Notes: generated by a model from the sequence alone, not told the origin. DNA of 64,000 nt from Cyanobacteriota bacterium (GCA_035286045.1 JAYKIG010000038.1:11810-75809); one strand, 5' to 3'. Shown: positions 20,119-32,690, counted from the stretch's first letter. Translations and numbers: made by a program.

Positions 20119-21795
20119 ATGTTGCGTTCCGATGCCATCACCAAGGGGATTCAACGTTCCCCGAACAGGGCAATGCTTCGTGCCGTGGGTTTTGGGGACG
20201 GGGATTTTGATAAACCGATCATCGGGATTGCCAATGGATACAGCACGATCACCCCTTGCAACATCGGACTGAACGGCCTAGCACAGCGAGCCGAAGAGGC
20301 TACCCGTCGCTCAGGGGCCATGCCCCAGATGTTTGGCACGATCACCGTCAGTGATGGGATTTCCATGGGCACGGAAGGGATGCGCTATTCCCTGGTGTCT
20401 CGGGAGGTGATTGCCGACTCCATCGAAACCGCTTGCAACGCCCAGAGCATGGACGGCCTGCTGGCCATCGGTGGGTGCGACAAGAACATGCCTGGCGCCA
20501 TGTTGGCCATGGCTCGCATGAACATCCCCGCGGTGTTCGTCTATGGCGGCACCATCAAGCCAGGAAAGCTTGGCGCCTGCGATCTCACCGTGGTGAGCGC
20601 CTTCGAGGCCGTGGGTCAATACAGCGGTGGACGGATCGATGCCGACCAGCTCACAGCGATCGAGAAAAATGCCTGTCCAGGTGCAGGCAGCTGCGGCGGC
20701 ATGTTCACCGCCAACACCATGAGTGCAGCCTTCGAGGCGATGGGGCTGAGTCTTCCTTACAGCTCCACCATGGCGGCGGAGGATCAGGAGAAGTTGGATA
20801 GCGCTGCCCGCAGCGCCGAGGTTTTGGTGGAAGCCATCGCAAAGAACATCCGCCCCCGCGACCTGCTCACACGCGAAGCCTTTGAAAACGCCATCAGTGT
20901 GATCATGGCCGTTGGTGGTTCCACCAATTCCGTGCTCCACCTTCTGGCGGTGGCTCGCACCGCTGGAGTGCCCTTGACGATCGAGGACTTCGAGACCGTC
21001 CGGCAACGGGTGCCTGTGATCTGCGACCTCAAGCCCAGTGGCCGCTACGTCACTGTTGACCTGCACAGGGCTGGGGGCATCCCCCAGGTGATGAAGCTCC
21101 TTCTGAACGCTGGCCTGCTCCACGGGGACTGTCGCACGGTGGAGGGATGCACCCTGAGGGACCAGCTGGCCGGGGTTCCGGATGCGCCCCCCGAAGGGCA
21201 GGACGTCATCCATCCCCTCAGCGCACCGCTGTACCCGAAGGGCCATCTCGCGATTCTGAAGGGCAATCTGGCGCTCGAGGGCAGCGTCGCCAAGATCAGT
21301 GGGGTCAAAACTCCGATCCTGACGGGGCCAGCCCGGGTGTTTGAGAGCGAGGAAAGCTGTCTCAAGACGATCCTTGCGGGTGGCATTCGGGCTGGAGACG
21401 TGGTGGTGATCCGATACGAGGGCCCGGTGGGAGGCCCTGGCATGCGGGAGATGCTGGCCCCAACCGCGGCGATCGTGGGCCAGGGGTTAGGCGACAAGGT
21501 GGCCCTGATCACCGATGGCCGCTTTTCCGGAGGCACCTATGGCCTGGTGGTGGGCCATGTGGCGCCGGAGGCCGCGGTGGGCGGCACCATCGGCCTGGTA
21601 CAGGAAGGCGACAGCATCACGGTGGATGCGGATCGTCTGTTGATTCAGCTCAATGTGGACGACGCCGAGTTGTCCAGACGGCGTGCCGCGTGGACGCCCC
21701 TGCCGGCGCGCTACACGACAGGTGTGCTTGGCAAATACGCACGCCAGGTGAGCTCCAGCAGCCTGGGTGCGGTAACCGACCAACCCCCGGCGTAA
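20119..21795 (+). CDS. ilvD: dihydroxy-acid dehydratase
   Basis: [44 protein letters not shown]. Confidence 0.98.
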   Translation: MLRSDAITKGIQRSPNRAMLRAVGFGDGDFDKPIIGIANGYSTITPCNIGLNGLAQRAEEATRRSGAMPQMFGTITVSDGISMGTEGMRYSLVSREVIADSIETACNAQSMDGLLAIGGCDKNMPGAMLAMARMNIPAVFVYGGTIKPGKLGACDLTVVSAFEAVGQYSGGRIDADQLTAIEKNACPGAGSCGGMFTANTMSAAFEAMGLSLPYSSTMAAEDQEKLDSAARSAEVLVEAIAKNIRPRDLLTREAFENAISVIMAVGGSTNSVLHLLAVARTAGVPLTIEDFETVRQRVPVICDLKPSGRYVTVDLHRAGGIPQVMKLLLNAGLLHGDCRTVEGCTLRDQLAGVPDAPPEGQDVIHPLSAPLYPKGHLAILKGNLALEGSVAKISGVKTPILTGPARVFESEESCLKTILAGGIRAGDVVVIRYEGPVGGPGMREMLAPTAAIVGQGLGDKVALITDGRFSGGTYGLVVGHVAPEAAVGGTIGLVQEGDSITVDADRLLIQLNVDDAELSRRRAAWTPLPARYTTGVLGKYARQVSSSSLGAVTDQPPA

Positions 21796-21807
21796 GAGAG
21801 GGAGCCA

Positions 21808-22203
21808 TCAACCGTCGGCAAGGAGGGCCCGCAGGCGGCGAGCCAGGGCTTCCAGAGGCAGTCCATCCTGCGGGCGCTCGCACCTTTCCCCCTGGGGGCC
21901 CATCCAGACGGGATGATGCCCGTGCCAAAGGATGGGACTGCTCTCATCCTCCCGCCAGGAGAGGGTGAGATTCAATTCTCCGCCGCTGAGGTAGAGCTCC
22001 AGTTCCAGATCCTCCGCACCCAGACGCTCCCCCTCCGGAGAGCGGGCCTCAAGCCGAAGGCTGCAATCCTCGTCGTCCGGAGCTGATAGCAGCACGACCC
22101 CATGCCGGAGGGGTTTGCGACAGAGATCAGCGGCAGCCGCCACAAGCCGACTGAGGTCTGCATTGGCAGCGTCAACCAAGGGCATCGATGGCCAGAAGCT
22201 CAA
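21808..22203 (-). CDS. conserved hypothetical protein
   Basis: AADLCRKPLRHGV..., PILWHGHHPVWM; continues the gnd-pgl-CIA30 run. Confidence 0.7.
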   Translation of the reverse strand: MSFWPSMPLVDAANADLSRLVAAAADLCRKPLRHGVVLLSAPDDEDCSLRLEARSPEGERLGAEDLELELYLSGGELNLTLSWREDESSPILWHGHHPVWMGPQGERCERPQDGLPLEALARRLRALLADG

Positions 22204-22777
22204 GGTGGATCAGACCAGGCCGGAAGCCCGGATTGGGCCCGCCATCATCCCCGAAGCGGGAGTGGAGAAGCTGCAGCCTGGTGATGCGGGAAGAGTCGAA
22301 GCGGAGGGGCAACCCTAGGGGCAATCCCTCGACGGGCCGTGCCCGAACGGAAGGGATCAGATCGGCAAACCTGATCGCCACCCGGGTATCCCCCTCCACG
22401 TTGGTTCCAAACTCCTGAACCCAGCGGAGCCCTCCAGGAATAATCTCGGTCAGGCCGGCCACGCCATCGGCACAGGCCACGGCCAGTTTGAAGCGGCGTC
22501 CCTCCCCATGGATCACCAGCTCCAGCCCCTTTGTGGCGGAGAGATCCAGGGGTGGAGAAAACAGGGGGGAGCGCATGGAGACAAAACCGCCGCCCTCTTC
22601 CACCACCTCGCCATCGAAGTGCAGCCCTGTGGACTGGACCGTGCAGGCACCACGGCTTCGTCCCCCCATCACGGTGTCGTTGAGGGCGTGCCAACCCGAG
22701 AAGGACCCTCCTGGGAGAACGCTTCGCGACGGTGGGGTGGACGACGGGATCGGGCTGGTTGGATCCATGGGAAGCAC
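22172..22777 (-). CDS. CIA30 family protein
   Basis: WHALNDTVMGGRS, GGGFVSMRS, GEGRRFK motifs. Confidence 0.88.
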   Translation of the reverse strand: MLPMDPTSPIPSSTPPSRSVLPGGSFSGWHALNDTVMGGRSRGACTVQSTGLHFDGEVVEEGGGFVSMRSPLFSPPLDLSATKGLELVIHGEGRRFKLAVACADGVAGLTEIIPGGLRWVQEFGTNVEGDTRVAIRFADLIPSVRARPVEGLPLGLPLRFDSSRITRLQLLHSRFGDDGGPNPGFRPGLIHLELLAIDALG

Positions 22778-22780
22778 GGC

Positions 22781-23509
22781 TCAGGTGCTGATGCGTTCAG
22801 GTAGTCCGGAAGCCGCTGCAGCGTCAGCCAGGATCAGAACCTCACCCCGGGGGGAAACCAGGCGGGCAGGAGTTCGTTCCGGTGGCTCCTCAGGATCGAG
22901 GAGCCTCTCCAAGGCCTGCCTCTTACCTGCGCCGCTCACCAGGAAAATCACCGTTCGGGCCGCCGAAAGGACCGGTGCTGTGAGCGTGATGCGAGGAAGG
23001 CCCTTTCCCTCTCCAGTGGTCACCCATCGATCGCGGACCAGAGGTGCAGAGGTGCCTGGGAAGAGAGAAGCGGTATGCCCGTCCTCACCGAGGCCCAGAA
23101 GCACCACATCCAATGGGGGGGGCTCCCCACCACAAAGCTGCACGAGCAGATCGGCGTAGGCCTCGGCGCTGGCTTCTGGTGTTGCCAGATGGGTCGGTAC
23201 CGCATGAAAGCGGGCCTCTCGACCGGGGCCATCAGCGAGGAGGGATTCACGGAGGAGCCTGGCGTTGCTGGCGGGATCATCCGGGCTCACCCAACGCTCG
23301 TCACCGAGGAGCACATCCACCCGATCCCAGGGAAGATGCTCCGCACCAAGGCGCAGATAGGCGGCCCTGGGGGTGGAGCCTCCCGCGAGGGCTATCTGGG
23401 CCCGGTCCCGCTCCGCCAGGGCCAGGTCGAGCGTGGAGGCCAGTTGCTCCGCCGTCTGGCGGGCCAGCTCCTCGCCATTGGCGGCGATGCGGAGGTGATA
23501 GACGGTCAT
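22781..23509 (-). CDS. pgl: 6-phosphogluconolactonase
   Basis: IALAGGSTP, GDERWV, LLGLGEDGHTASLFP, RITLT; ATG overlaps the gnd stop. Confidence 0.96.
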   Translation of the reverse strand: MTVYHLRIAANGEELARQTAEQLASTLDLALAERDRAQIALAGGSTPRAAYLRLGAEHLPWDRVDVLLGDERWVSPDDPASNARLLRESLLADGPGREARFHAVPTHLATPEASAEAYADLLVQLCGGEPPPLDVVLLGLGEDGHTASLFPGTSAPLVRDRWVTTGEGKGLPRITLTAPVLSAARTVIFLVSGAGKRQALERLLDPEEPPERTPARLVSPRGEVLILADAAAASGLPERIST

Positions 23510-24924
23510 GACAACCATTCTGTATGGAAGGATCCTGGGCGGTCCGTCCGTTCGTAGGTGTGGGAGCCGAAGCAATCCCGCATGGCCTGCACAAGGTTCT
23601 GCGGCAACCGTCCGGTGCGGTAGCTGTCGATGTAATCCAGGGTGCTGCTCAGGCAGGGCAGGGGGATTCCTGCCAAAGCGGAACCGGAAACCACGTGGCG
23701 GAGCCCCGGCAGCCGGCGATTGACCTGCTCCGCGAACCAGGGATCCACAAGCAGATTGGGCAGGTTGGGATCAACTGCGTAGGCATTTTGGATGCGCTGC
23801 AGCAGCCTGGCACGGATGATGCAGCCCCCTTTCCATATCTGACCGATGGCACTGAGATCCAGGTTGTAGTTGTGAAGGGTGGAAGCCTCCTGGAGCAAGG
23901 ACATGCCCTGGGCGTAACTGGCGATGCAGGCGAGTACGCAGGCATCTCGCAAAGCTGGCATGCCATCGGCCGGATCTCCCAGAGCGAAGGGAGCGGGAGG
24001 CGGGGCATGGAGCACGGCTTCGGCGGCCAGCCTTTCGCTGCGCAGCGAGCTGAGCACCCGGGCATTGAGTGCGGCATAGATCGTCGGAACCGACACCCCC
24101 ATCTCCAGGGCACTGACGACGGTCCACAGACCGGTACCTTTCTGACCGGCCGCATCCACGATCCATTCGACAAGATCCCCACCCGTTTCAGGGTCCTTCG
24201 TACGCAAACACACCTCTGTGATCTCTACGAGGAAGGAGGCGAGTTCCTCGGTCTGGTTCCAGCCAGCCAGGACATCAGCCATGGCATCGCCGTTCATGCC
24301 TGCAACCCGCTTCATCAGGTCGTAGGCCTCAGCCAGCACCTGTTCGATGCCGTATTCAATGCCGTTGTGCACGGTCTTGACAAAATGGCCGGCGCCACCA
24401 GGGCCGATGTAGGTGACACAAGGGCCGTCCTCCACCTGGGCAGCCATCTTGCGAACAAGGCTTTCAATCGCCTGATACGCACTCAGAGTGCCACCCGGCA
24501 TCATGCTGGGGCCTTCGAGTGCCCCCTTGGCACCGCCGGAAACACCCATCCCGATAAAGCCGAAGCTTTTACTTTCGAGCTCCTTCACCCGACGCTCCGT
24601 ATCTGTATACAGGGAGTTACCGCCATCGATGAGCAGATCACCTTCCTCCAGCATTGGAGAAAGGATTTGGATCATGTCATCCACAGGCTGACCAGCCTTC
24701 ACCATCAAAAGAATTCGCCGAGGCCGCTCCAGACTTGCCACAAATTGCTCAAGTGTTTCGGCCCCCACAATGTCCTTGCCTGCTCCGCGGCCAGCGAGGA
24801 ATTCCTGGGTTTTGGCGTAGGTGCGATTGAAGACCACGCTGGAGAAACCGTTCCGCTCCGCATTCAGAACCAGGTTTTCCCCCATCACACCAAGGCCTAC
24901 CAAACCAAAATGGGCCTGACTCAT
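23506..24924 (-). CDS. gnd: 6-phosphogluconate dehydrogenase (NADP)
   Basis: GLGVMGENL, IDGGN, VSGG, KTVHNGIEY, QKGTG, RDCFGSHTY. Confidence 0.98.
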   Translation of the reverse strand: MSQAHFGLVGLGVMGENLVLNAERNGFSSVVFNRTYAKTQEFLAGRGAGKDIVGAETLEQFVASLERPRRILLMVKAGQPVDDMIQILSPMLEEGDLLIDGGNSLYTDTERRVKELESKSFGFIGMGVSGGAKGALEGPSMMPGGTLSAYQAIESLVRKMAAQVEDGPCVTYIGPGGAGHFVKTVHNGIEYGIEQVLAEAYDLMKRVAGMNGDAMADVLAGWNQTEELASFLVEITEVCLRTKDPETGGDLVEWIVDAAGQKGTGLWTVVSALEMGVSVPTIYAALNARVLSSLRSERLAAEAVLHAPPPAPFALGDPADGMPALRDACVLACIASYAQGMSLLQEASTLHNYNLDLSAIGQIWKGGCIIRARLLQRIQNAYAVDPNLPNLLVDPWFAEQVNRRLPGLRHVVSGSALAGIPLPCLSSTLDYIDSYRTGRLPQNLVQAMRDCFGSHTYERTDRPGSFHTEWLS

Positions 24925-25081
24925 GGGTCGATCCGCGTCGGGAGACCCACAGTGTGGCGATACAAGCCGAAAGAAGTCAGTGAAATCGGAAGCATGTCAG
25001 GAACTGCTTGCGCAGGCCAGGCATTTCGAACGGCTCGACACCTGGCGATGCGCAGGCAGCCATCGGCGAAGTGAGGACGGA

Positions 25082-26377
25082 CTAAATCGTTGTACCGTCA
25101 GCGATCGTGCCGTTTTTTACAATCACCACAATGCCATTGCGGATGTAGAAATTGAGTTCGGGTCGGTCCGCCTCCTCCACATGGTCCTTGTTGACAATCG
25201 TTACGTTGCGGCCAATTCGGACGTTTTTATCAAGGATCGCCCTCTTTACCGTTGTTCCCTGACCCACCCCAATGGGCGTGCCTCCACGCTCCCTCAGCAC
25301 CTGTCGCTCTTGAGAGGATTCAAAGTAGTCCGCACCCATCACAAGCGTGTCCTGAAGAACCACATCGTCCTCTACCCGGGTGCGCACGCCCAACACACAG
25401 TGGTGAATACTGCAGGCCTTGAGAAGAGATCCCTCGCCGATAATCGAAGCAGTCACCTGAGAATCCTGTAACTTGCTGGGGGGTAGATAACGGGGGCGGG
25501 TATAGATGGGGAATTTTTCGTCGTAAAACGAAAATGCCGGATTGGGCTGATCAGTCAAAGCAAGATTGGCTTCATAGAATGCTCCGATTGTACCGATATC
25601 CTCCCAGTAATCATTGAACAGAAAACTTTGCAGATGGTCACCTCGCGTCAGCGATGTTGGAATGATCTCCTTGCCAAAGTCTGTCGCGCTTGAGTTGCTA
25701 TTGAGAAGATCAAATAATGTTTCCCTACTGAAAACATAAATCCCCATTGAGGCCAGATAGGGTCGTTGCTGGGCCTCTTCAGAAGTCAGGCCAAGCGAAG
25801 CCGTATCCACCTTCATCGCCTCCAGTTCAACTCCCTTCGGCTTTTCCTTGAACTCCAGAATCCTGCCGTCTGGATCCGTACGCATCAAGCCAAACCCCTC
25901 AGCCTGGAGCGCATCAACAGGCAGGGCTCCAACCGAGAGCTGAGCACCAGTATCTATATGATGCTGGACGAACTTGCTATAATCCATGCGATAGAGTTGA
26001 TCGCCAGAAAGAATCAAGTAATAGTCCACATCCCACTCCTGGAACAGCCATTGATATTTCCGCACCGCATCAGCCGTCCCTTCAAACCAACTCGGACTCT
26101 CCGGAGTCTGCTGGGCTGCGAGAACCTCCACAAATCCCTGACCAAACCCGGCAGAAAGGTTGTAGGTCATGGTCAGATGCCTATTGAGAGACGCACTATT
26201 GAACTGCGTAAGAACGTAGATTTTATTGATTTCCGAATTGATGCAGTTGGAAACGGGGATGTCAATCAGTCGATACTTCCCAGCCAATGGGACAGCTGGC
26301 TTGGCACGCATTTTTGTCAGTGGATAGAGGCGTGTACCAGCACCTCCTCCAAGAATGATGGCTAAAACGCGTTTCAT
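25082..26377 (-). CDS. glgC: glucose-1-phosphate adenylyltransferase
   Basis: [51 protein letters not shown]. Confidence 0.98.
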   Translation of the reverse strand: MKRVLAIILGGGAGTRLYPLTKMRAKPAVPLAGKYRLIDIPVSNCINSEINKIYVLTQFNSASLNRHLTMTYNLSAGFGQGFVEVLAAQQTPESPSWFEGTADAVRKYQWLFQEWDVDYYLILSGDQLYRMDYSKFVQHHIDTGAQLSVGALPVDALQAEGFGLMRTDPDGRILEFKEKPKGVELEAMKVDTASLGLTSEEAQQRPYLASMGIYVFSRETLFDLLNSNSSATDFGKEIIPTSLTRGDHLQSFLFNDYWEDIGTIGAFYEANLALTDQPNPAFSFYDEKFPIYTRPRYLPPSKLQDSQVTASIIGEGSLLKACSIHHCVLGVRTRVEDDVVLQDTLVMGADYFESSQERQVLRERGGTPIGVGQGTTVKRAILDKNVRIGRNVTIVNKDHVEEADRPELNFYIRNGIVVIVKNGTIADGTTI

Positions 26378-26483
26378 GTTGCCAACTGTCTTGCATGGCC
26401 AGACGACCGTAACTGAGCACCAAGCTCACAGGGGAGTGACGGCGACACTTCGATGCACTTTGTCGGCACGGAGAAGACCACTT

Positions 26484-27794
26484 TCAATCTTCATCGGCAA
26501 CCTGCCTGAGTGCAAATAACTCCTCGAGTACCCGCATAGCGGCAAGTCGCTGGCTCCGAGGCTGGGGGGAACGAAGGTGGGTCACCGGCTCGTGGAGAAT
26601 TTTATTGATGATCCCCTTGGTCAACGCTTCGACAACCTTGCGCTCCCTGGCGGAGAGATCAGGCCCCATGCGAGAGAGCGCTTTTTGTAACTCCTGTTCG
26701 CGAATCACCTCTAGCTGGAGGCGGAGCCGGTTCACCAGGGGAACGGCCTCCAGGCCATCCCACCATTCCAGGAAGAGGCGTGACTCCTCCTGCAGCAGGG
26801 ATTCCGCCTCAAGGGCCATTTCCCGACGGGCCTCCTGATTGCGGGCTACCACCTCCTGCAGATCATCCACATCGAAGCGCATCACCCCAGAAAGGGCGGA
26901 GACATCCGCACCGATATTCCTGGGAACGCCAATATCCACGAGCATGAGGCTCGAGCGCCTGTTGAGATTCTCCAGTCGCTCACGGGTGATCATCGGTTCC
27001 TCCGACGCCGTGCTTGTGAACACAAGGGAACAGGTGCTCAAGCAATGATCGAGATCATCTAGTGGGCGACACTGGACGGGAAGATCAGGAAAATCAGCCG
27101 CCAGAGCCTCTGCCCTGGCAAGGGTGCGATTCAGAAGAACCGCCCCGGGGCACCCTTTGGAGCGAAGATGCTGGAGCAGAAGGCGGGCCATACGTCCTGC
27201 CCCAATGACGGCCACCTGCTCCTGGTCGAGGGGGACGAGATCCTGGAGACCGCGGGCCTGACCAATTTTCAACTGGGCCAGCTCCACCGCTGCAGAACTG
27301 ATGGACACCGCACCGGTGCCAAGGTTGGTCTCGGAGCGGACCCGTTTCCCCGTACTGACGGCTTGATTCAGAAGACGATTCAGGATGGGACCGATGGAGC
27401 GGTACTCCTGCCCTAGCCGGACCATCTTCTTCACCTGGGAAAGGATCTGACCCTCACCCAGCACCAAGCTGTCCAAGCCCGCCGCGACCCTCAGCAGATG
27501 GGCAACGGCATCGGCGTGATGGTAGGTGAAGAGGTGGGGAGTCAGGTCCTCAACTCTGAGACCGGAGATCGCGCTGAGAAAACTCCCGATGGCATCAATG
27601 CCCTGGTCCGGATGGCGGAGCAGGGCATAGATCTCCAGACGGTTGCAAGTGCTGAGGATGGAGGCCTCAAGGACCTGCTCATCCTCCTTGAGCTGATGCA
27701 GGGAGGCTTCCATGCTCTGCTCAGGAATGCTCAGCTTCTCCCGGATCTCAACGGGAGCCGTCCGGTGACTCAGGCCGATAACGGCAATGTGCAT
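26484..27794 (-). CDS. hemA: glutamyl-tRNA reductase
   Basis: GLSHRTAPVEIRE, STCNRLE, GLDSLVLGEGQIL, DIGVPRN. Confidence 0.98.
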   Translation of the reverse strand: MHIAVIGLSHRTAPVEIREKLSIPEQSMEASLHQLKEDEQVLEASILSTCNRLEIYALLRHPDQGIDAIGSFLSAISGLRVEDLTPHLFTYHHADAVAHLLRVAAGLDSLVLGEGQILSQVKKMVRLGQEYRSIGPILNRLLNQAVSTGKRVRSETNLGTGAVSISSAAVELAQLKIGQARGLQDLVPLDQEQVAVIGAGRMARLLLQHLRSKGCPGAVLLNRTLARAEALAADFPDLPVQCRPLDDLDHCLSTCSLVFTSTASEEPMITRERLENLNRRSSLMLVDIGVPRNIGADVSALSGVMRFDVDDLQEVVARNQEARREMALEAESLLQEESRLFLEWWDGLEAVPLVNRLRLQLEVIREQELQKALSRMGPDLSARERKVVEALTKGIINKILHEPVTHLRSPQPRSQRLAAMRVLEELFALRQVADED

Positions 27795-27798
27795 GGAG

Positions 27799-28803
27799 CT
27801 AGGAGAGGGCTACCCGCTTGGCGCCAGGCTTGATATGTACCGTATCGATGAAGCGGGCACTGTTGTCAAGCGAGGAAATGATCAGGCTGCTCGTACGGGT
27901 GCAGTCACGCTCAAATTTCACCCCTTTGAACAGAAGCCCATCGGTGATCCCGGAAGCCGCAAAAACCACATGGTTTCCACTGGCAAGCTCGTCGGCTTCA
28001 TACACCCGGTCCGGGTCAGTGATGCCCATCTCGGCCAGACGTGCCAGGTTGCCCTCCCGGGTCAGGCCTTCCCATTCCTTGGTTTGGGCAACAGCAGGGT
28101 CGTAGACCAACTGCCCCTGGAAATGGCCACCAAGGCAACGCATGGCCGCTGCAGAAATGACACCTTCCGGAGCCGCTCCGATTCCCATCAAGGCATGGGT
28201 TCCTGTGCCGTCAAAGCCGCAGGCGATAGCAGCGCTCACATCCCCATCACTGATGGGTTTGACCCGGGCCCCAGCTTCACGGATTTCAGCGATAAGGCCC
28301 TTGTGGCGGGCACGATCCATGCAAACGATCACGAGCTCATCCATGCCCACTCCCAGGCACTCCGAGAGGATCCGAAGATTTTCGGTGGCCGATTTCCGGA
28401 TATCAACCTTACCCTTGGCGGATGGCGGGGCTGCCAGCTTGTTCATGTAGAAATCGGGGGCGTTGAAGAGCCCTCCTCTCTCACTTGCAGCCAGGACGGC
28501 CATGGAACCATCCTGAGCATTGGCGCAGAGATTGGTTCCTTCGCAGGGATCCACGGCGAAATCAACCCCGGGGCCGATTCCGCTGCCGACCTCCTCACCG
28601 ATGTACAGCATGGGGGCCTCATCCCTCTCTCCCTCTCCGATCACGATGCGACCCTGCATCGCAATCAACCCCATGCGCTGCCGCATGGCTTCCACGGCAG
28701 CCTGGTCAGCTTCGTTTTTCTTGCCATGACCCGTGAGATGGGCGGAGGCAATGGCGGCCTGCTCAACAACCTCGAGCAATTCCTGAATGATGGTGCGGTC
28801 CAC
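27799..28803 (-). CDS. glpX: bifunctional FBPase/SBPase class II
   Basis: [43 protein letters not shown]. Confidence 0.97.
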   Translation of the reverse strand: MDRTIIQELLEVVEQAAIASAHLTGHGKKNEADQAAVEAMRQRMGLIAMQGRIVIGEGERDEAPMLYIGEEVGSGIGPGVDFAVDPCEGTNLCANAQDGSMAVLAASERGGLFNAPDFYMNKLAAPPSAKGKVDIRKSATENLRILSECLGVGMDELVIVCMDRARHKGLIAEIREAGARVKPISDGDVSAAIACGFDGTGTHALMGIGAAPEGVISAAAMRCLGGHFQGQLVYDPAVAQTKEWEGLTREGNLARLAEMGITDPDRVYEADELASGNHVVFAASGITDGLLFKGVKFERDCTRTSSLIISSLDNSARFIDTVHIKPGAKRVALS

Positions 28804-29058
28804 GGGCAGCGGGCGAGGGGAAAGCCTCAGGAGGGACGGACAAGGAGGGAGGGGTCTGCAGGAGGCCCGGCGCCATCGGTTAAACGGATAGTGTTAACGG
28901 GATGCACGCCGACCCAATCGGGTCCGAGTTCTGCCTAATCCAGAAAAAGATCCCAAAGGATCTCCAACCTTGAAGCGGCGCTATCGTATCAGCGCTCCCG
29001 TCCTTTCACGGAGGGGGGCGTATGACTAAAATCCTGCGGCTGTCCGCCAATGGGTCCC

Positions 29059-29742
29059 ATGAGCACCAAACCACTCGTGGTTGCACCGTCGATCCTCTCG
29101 GCTGATTTCTCCAGACTTGGGGAAGATGTGCGAGCCGTTGACCAAGCTGGTGCCGACTGGATTCATGTGGATGTGATGGATGGGCGGTTTGTCCCCAACA
29201 TCACCATCGGCCCATTGATCGTGGAGGCGCTCCGGCCTGTCACATCCAAACCACTGGATGTGCACCTGATGATCGTGGAGCCGGAAAGATACGTTCCTGA
29301 GTTCGCCAAAGCCGGAGCAGACATCATCAGCGTCCAGGTGGAGGCCTGCCCCCACCTGCATCGAAACCTGGCCCAGATCAAAGAGCTTGGCAAACAAGCC
29401 GGGGCCGTCCTGAACCCCAGCACCCCAATCGACACACTGGAATACTGCCTAGAGCTCTGTGATCTGGTCCTGATCATGAGCGTGAACCCTGGGTTTGGGG
29501 GTCAAAGCTTTATCGATAACCAAGTGAAAAAGATTCGGGATCTACGTCGTCTTTGCGACGAAAAAGGGTTGGATCCATGGATTGAGGTGGATGGGGGCAT
29601 CAAACCTGCAAACGCCTGGAAGGTCATTGAAGCAGGTGCTAACGCAATTGTTTCGGGTTCAGGCGTTTTTGGTGCTGGCGATTATGCAGAGGCAATTCAG
29701 GGGATCAGGACCAGCCGGAAACCTGAGCCAGCGCTCGTTTAA
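29059..29742 (+). CDS. rpe: ribulose-phosphate 3-epimerase
   Basis: [42 protein letters not shown]. Confidence 0.98.
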   Translation: MSTKPLVVAPSILSADFSRLGEDVRAVDQAGADWIHVDVMDGRFVPNITIGPLIVEALRPVTSKPLDVHLMIVEPERYVPEFAKAGADIISVQVEACPHLHRNLAQIKELGKQAGAVLNPSTPIDTLEYCLELCDLVLIMSVNPGFGGQSFIDNQVKKIRDLRRLCDEKGLDPWIEVDGGIKPANAWKVIEAGANAIVSGSGVFGAGDYAEAIQGIRTSRKPEPALV

Positions 29743-29758
29743 GCACCGGGTGGCTGTT

Positions 29759-30676
29759 TCAGCCGAAGAACCAGCCATAACTATGAAGACCGATTCCAAG
29801 CAGGTTGACACCGATATAACAAACCGCAAGAACAATTAAGCCTGCTGATGCCACTAGGGCTGGCTTACGCCCCTGCCAGCCTCTGACGAGACGCGTATGC
29901 AGGTAGGCGGCGTAAACCAGCCATGTGATGAATGCCCAGGTTTCCTTCGGATCCCAGCTCCACCAAGAGCCCCATGCCTCGTTCGCCCAGACGGCACCGC
30001 TGACGAGACCGACGGAAAGCAGGAGGAATCCAACGGTAATCGTGCGGTAGCTAAGACTGTCAAGCTCTTCAATCGAACGAAAGAAGGTGGATGACAACCT
30101 GGTTTCACCAGTGGAATCAAAGGTTTGCGCCTGTCGGAAGCTACCGCTGCCGATCGAACTGCTTCGGAGCTCCAGAGCCTCACTTCGCTCCGTAAAGAGA
30201 ACAGCAACACTGAGAAGGGAACCTACCAGCAGGGCGGCATAACTGAGCATGATGACGCTCACATGCATCACCAACCAACTAGATCGCAGGGCAGGGACCA
30301 ACGGGGAGGCCTCCTGGAGACGATCAGGCAAGGCAAAACTGGCGAAGGCGATGCATCCGAGGGCCATAGGGGTGGCCGCGGCAGGAACAAGGGGATGGGG
30401 CCAGGCGCGCTCCACAAGCAACTGTGTGAGGGTGCAGCCCCAGGAGAGGAAGCAAAGCGATTCATAAAGGTTGCTGATGGGGAAATGGCCAGAGTCCCAC
30501 CAGCGGAGAACGAGCTGGGCAGTCAGACAGAGATTGGCAGCCGTGATCAGCAGACGAATGGTTGGGTTGGGACGTCCCGAACTCAGGAACCAGAAAGCAG
30601 CAGGCAGGGCAACGAGGAGCAAGGCGAAAGCAAGCAGACCAAGGCCAAGAACAGGGTCTGACGTCAGTGATGGCAC
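29759..30676 (-). CDS. ccsB: cytochrome c biogenesis protein CcsB/CcsA
   Basis: [49 protein letters not shown]; GTG start inferred. Confidence 0.95.
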   Translation of the reverse strand: MPSLTSDPVLGLGLLAFALLLVALPAAFWFLSSGRPNPTIRLLITAANLCLTAQLVLRWWDSGHFPISNLYESLCFLSWGCTLTQLLVERAWPHPLVPAAATPMALGCIAFASFALPDRLQEASPLVPALRSSWLVMHVSVIMLSYAALLVGSLLSVAVLFTERSEALELRSSSIGSGSFRQAQTFDSTGETRLSSTFFRSIEELDSLSYRTITVGFLLLSVGLVSGAVWANEAWGSWWSWDPKETWAFITWLVYAAYLHTRLVRGWQGRKPALVASAGLIVLAVCYIGVNLLGIGLHSYGWFFG

Positions 30677-30747
30677 GTTCGCGCAGAGTTCGAAATAACC
30701 GTTCCAGTCTGCCGCCCAGGGGAACCCTGGTGTGGACTGCTTTCCAC

Positions 30748-31962
30748 TCAGCAACTGGAACGGCGTAAAAGAAGGGCTCCAGTCCCAAGCCCAATCAGCA
30801 CCGGCAACCAGGCGGACAGGAGGGGAGTGAGGGCACCTGTCAACCCAAGGGAGCTAAAAATGAAAGACATCAGATAATAACCAAAGATCAGCAACACACT
30901 GATACCAAAGCCCTGACTTCGGCTCGTTCGTGCATGGGGGCGGACGCCGAGACTGCTACCGATGAGGCCAAAGACAAAACAGATCGCAGGAAACGCAAAC
31001 TTTTCTTGAATACGGACACGTATTCGCCGTGCTTCTTTTTTATTGCCGGCCTCATTAAGCAACCTCTCAGCCCTTAGGGCTTGTCCGACTGTCATGGTGG
31101 AGGCATCTGTCGGCAGCTTGGCAACTTCAAGAACGTCTCGTGTTAATGGATAAAAGTAGGAATCAAAACGAGCAGAAGTTGTAACCCCTGTTTGTTCGTC
31201 TAGACTGACAACACGCCCATCTATGAACTCCCACATTGATTCCTTTTCATTCCACTTTCCACGTTTCGCCGTTAACATTTGACGCTGACCAAGCCTTGAG
31301 AAATCAAGTAGGGTGACATCAATCATTTCACCACGACGAAACATACGCGAGTAGAACAGATGGGTCAAAGCACGACGAGTCTCACCTTCGTCAACCTCTA
31401 TCCTGCCAAAACGGGAATAAAGAATATTATCACCTCGCTCATTTGTGAGCGCCTTACCTAGAGCTTTTTCAAGTGTATTTGTGGCGATAAGATTACTCCG
31501 AGGCACAATAAGATCATTGAAACAGAACGTGAGAGCGCTCATAAATAGAGACAACAAAAGCGCAGGAACAACGATTCTCCATGTCCTTACCCCTAAACTT
31601 CTTAGGGCGGTTAATTCAGAGCTACCGGAAAGGCGACTGTAGGCCAATAAGGTGGCCATGAGGGTGGCCATCGGAAATGCGAGGACAAGGAAGCCAGGGA
31701 GCCGAAGAAGAAGAACCTGAAGAGCAGAACCGACGGGAAGGCCTGATTCAGCAATGCGTCTGACCAGCTCAAAGACAACACCAACAGACAGGGAGACAGC
31801 AGTGAACGCAGCAATACCAAAGAGAAGAGGACCCACCAGCTCGTTAAGCAGCCAGCGATCGATGAGAGGAATTTTCTTGAGAGAGGGGAGGTTCCGTGGC
31901 AATCGAAGCTCCACAGGAAAAGACCGTAATCGTAAGAAAGGAGGGACCTTAACGAATACCAT
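30748..31962 (-). CDS. LptF/LptG family permease
   Basis: [41 protein letters not shown]; start may be GTG at 31914. Confidence 0.92.
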   Translation of the reverse strand: MVFVKVPPFLRLRSFPVELRLPRNLPSLKKIPLIDRWLLNELVGPLLFGIAAFTAVSLSVGVVFELVRRIAESGLPVGSALQVLLLRLPGFLVLAFPMATLMATLLAYSRLSGSSELTALRSLGVRTWRIVVPALLLSLFMSALTFCFNDLIVPRSNLIATNTLEKALGKALTNERGDNILYSRFGRIEVDEGETRRALTHLFYSRMFRRGEMIDVTLLDFSRLGQRQMLTAKRGKWNEKESMWEFIDGRVVSLDEQTGVTTSARFDSYFYPLTRDVLEVAKLPTDASTMTVGQALRAERLLNEAGNKKEARRIRVRIQEKFAFPAICFVFGLIGSSLGVRPHARTSRSQGFGISVLLIFGYYLMSFIFSSLGLTGALTPLLSAWLPVLIGLGTGALLLRRSSC

Positions 31963-32690
31963 TATAATTTAAAGGCCTCGCCAAGATAATGACGGCGAAC
32001 CAAAGCGTCATTTGCCAATTCATCGGAGGTACCAGAAGCAAGAATCCGTCCCTCTGTGAGGATGAACGAACGATCTGTGATGGCAAGTGTCTCACGAACA
32101 TTGTGGTCAGTAATCAGGATTCCCATACCCCGAGAACGTAATCCGTGAATCAACTGCTGGAGGTCGGCAACAGCGAGTGGATCAACACCAGCAAAGGGCT
32201 CGTCGAGCAAGAGGTAACGGGGGCCATGCACTCCCACTGCCAATGCACGGGCAACTTCAGTGCGTCGACGCTCACCCCCAGAAAGCTGAAAACCTTTACG
32301 TGTCTGGAAGCCAGAGAGATGAAATTCGGTAATGAGGCTGTCCAGCCGATCGGAGAACTGATGGATGGGGGTTGATGAAACTTCGAGGGCCAGACGAAGA
32401 TTTTCCCGAACGGTGAGATTACGAAAAATGCTTGCTTCCTGAGGCAAGTAGCCGATGCCAAGTTGGGCACGAACCGGCATTGGAAGACAGGCGATGGATT
32501 GACGATCTAATGTGACGTCGCCCGTATCAGGCCGGAGAAGGCCAGTGACAAGATTAAACGTCGTGGTTTTCCCAGCTCCATTGGGGCCCAGCAGCCCAAC
32601 GACTTCACCGGGTTGGAGTTCTAGACTGACGTCTTGGACAAGGGGTCTTCCAGAAAGGGTGATCGCTACACGATCAAGGATAAGGGTCAT
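31962..32690 (-). CDS. lptB: LPS export ABC ATPase LptB
   Basis: GPNGAGKTT, GYLPQEASIF, LSGGERRR, LDEPFAGVDP, TDHNVRETL. Confidence 0.96.
   Translation of the reverse strand: MTLILDRVAITLSGRPLVQDVSLELQPGEVVGLLGPNGAGKTTTFNLVTGLLRPDTGDVTLDRQSIACLPMPVRAQLGIGYLPQEASIFRNLTVRENLRLALEVSSTPIHQFSDRLDSLITEFHLSGFQTRKGFQLSGGERRRTEVARALAVGVHGPRYLLLDEPFAGVDPLAVADLQQLIHGLRSRGMGILITDHNVRETLAITDRSFILTEGRILASGTSDELANDALVRRHYLGEAFKL

Noticed and set aside
28875-28962. Short palindromes (GTTAA..TTAAC; AGATCC-caaa-GGATCT) in the glpX-rpe divergent promoter
   Set aside because: Too short to distinguish from chance, and they match no consensus I can assign.
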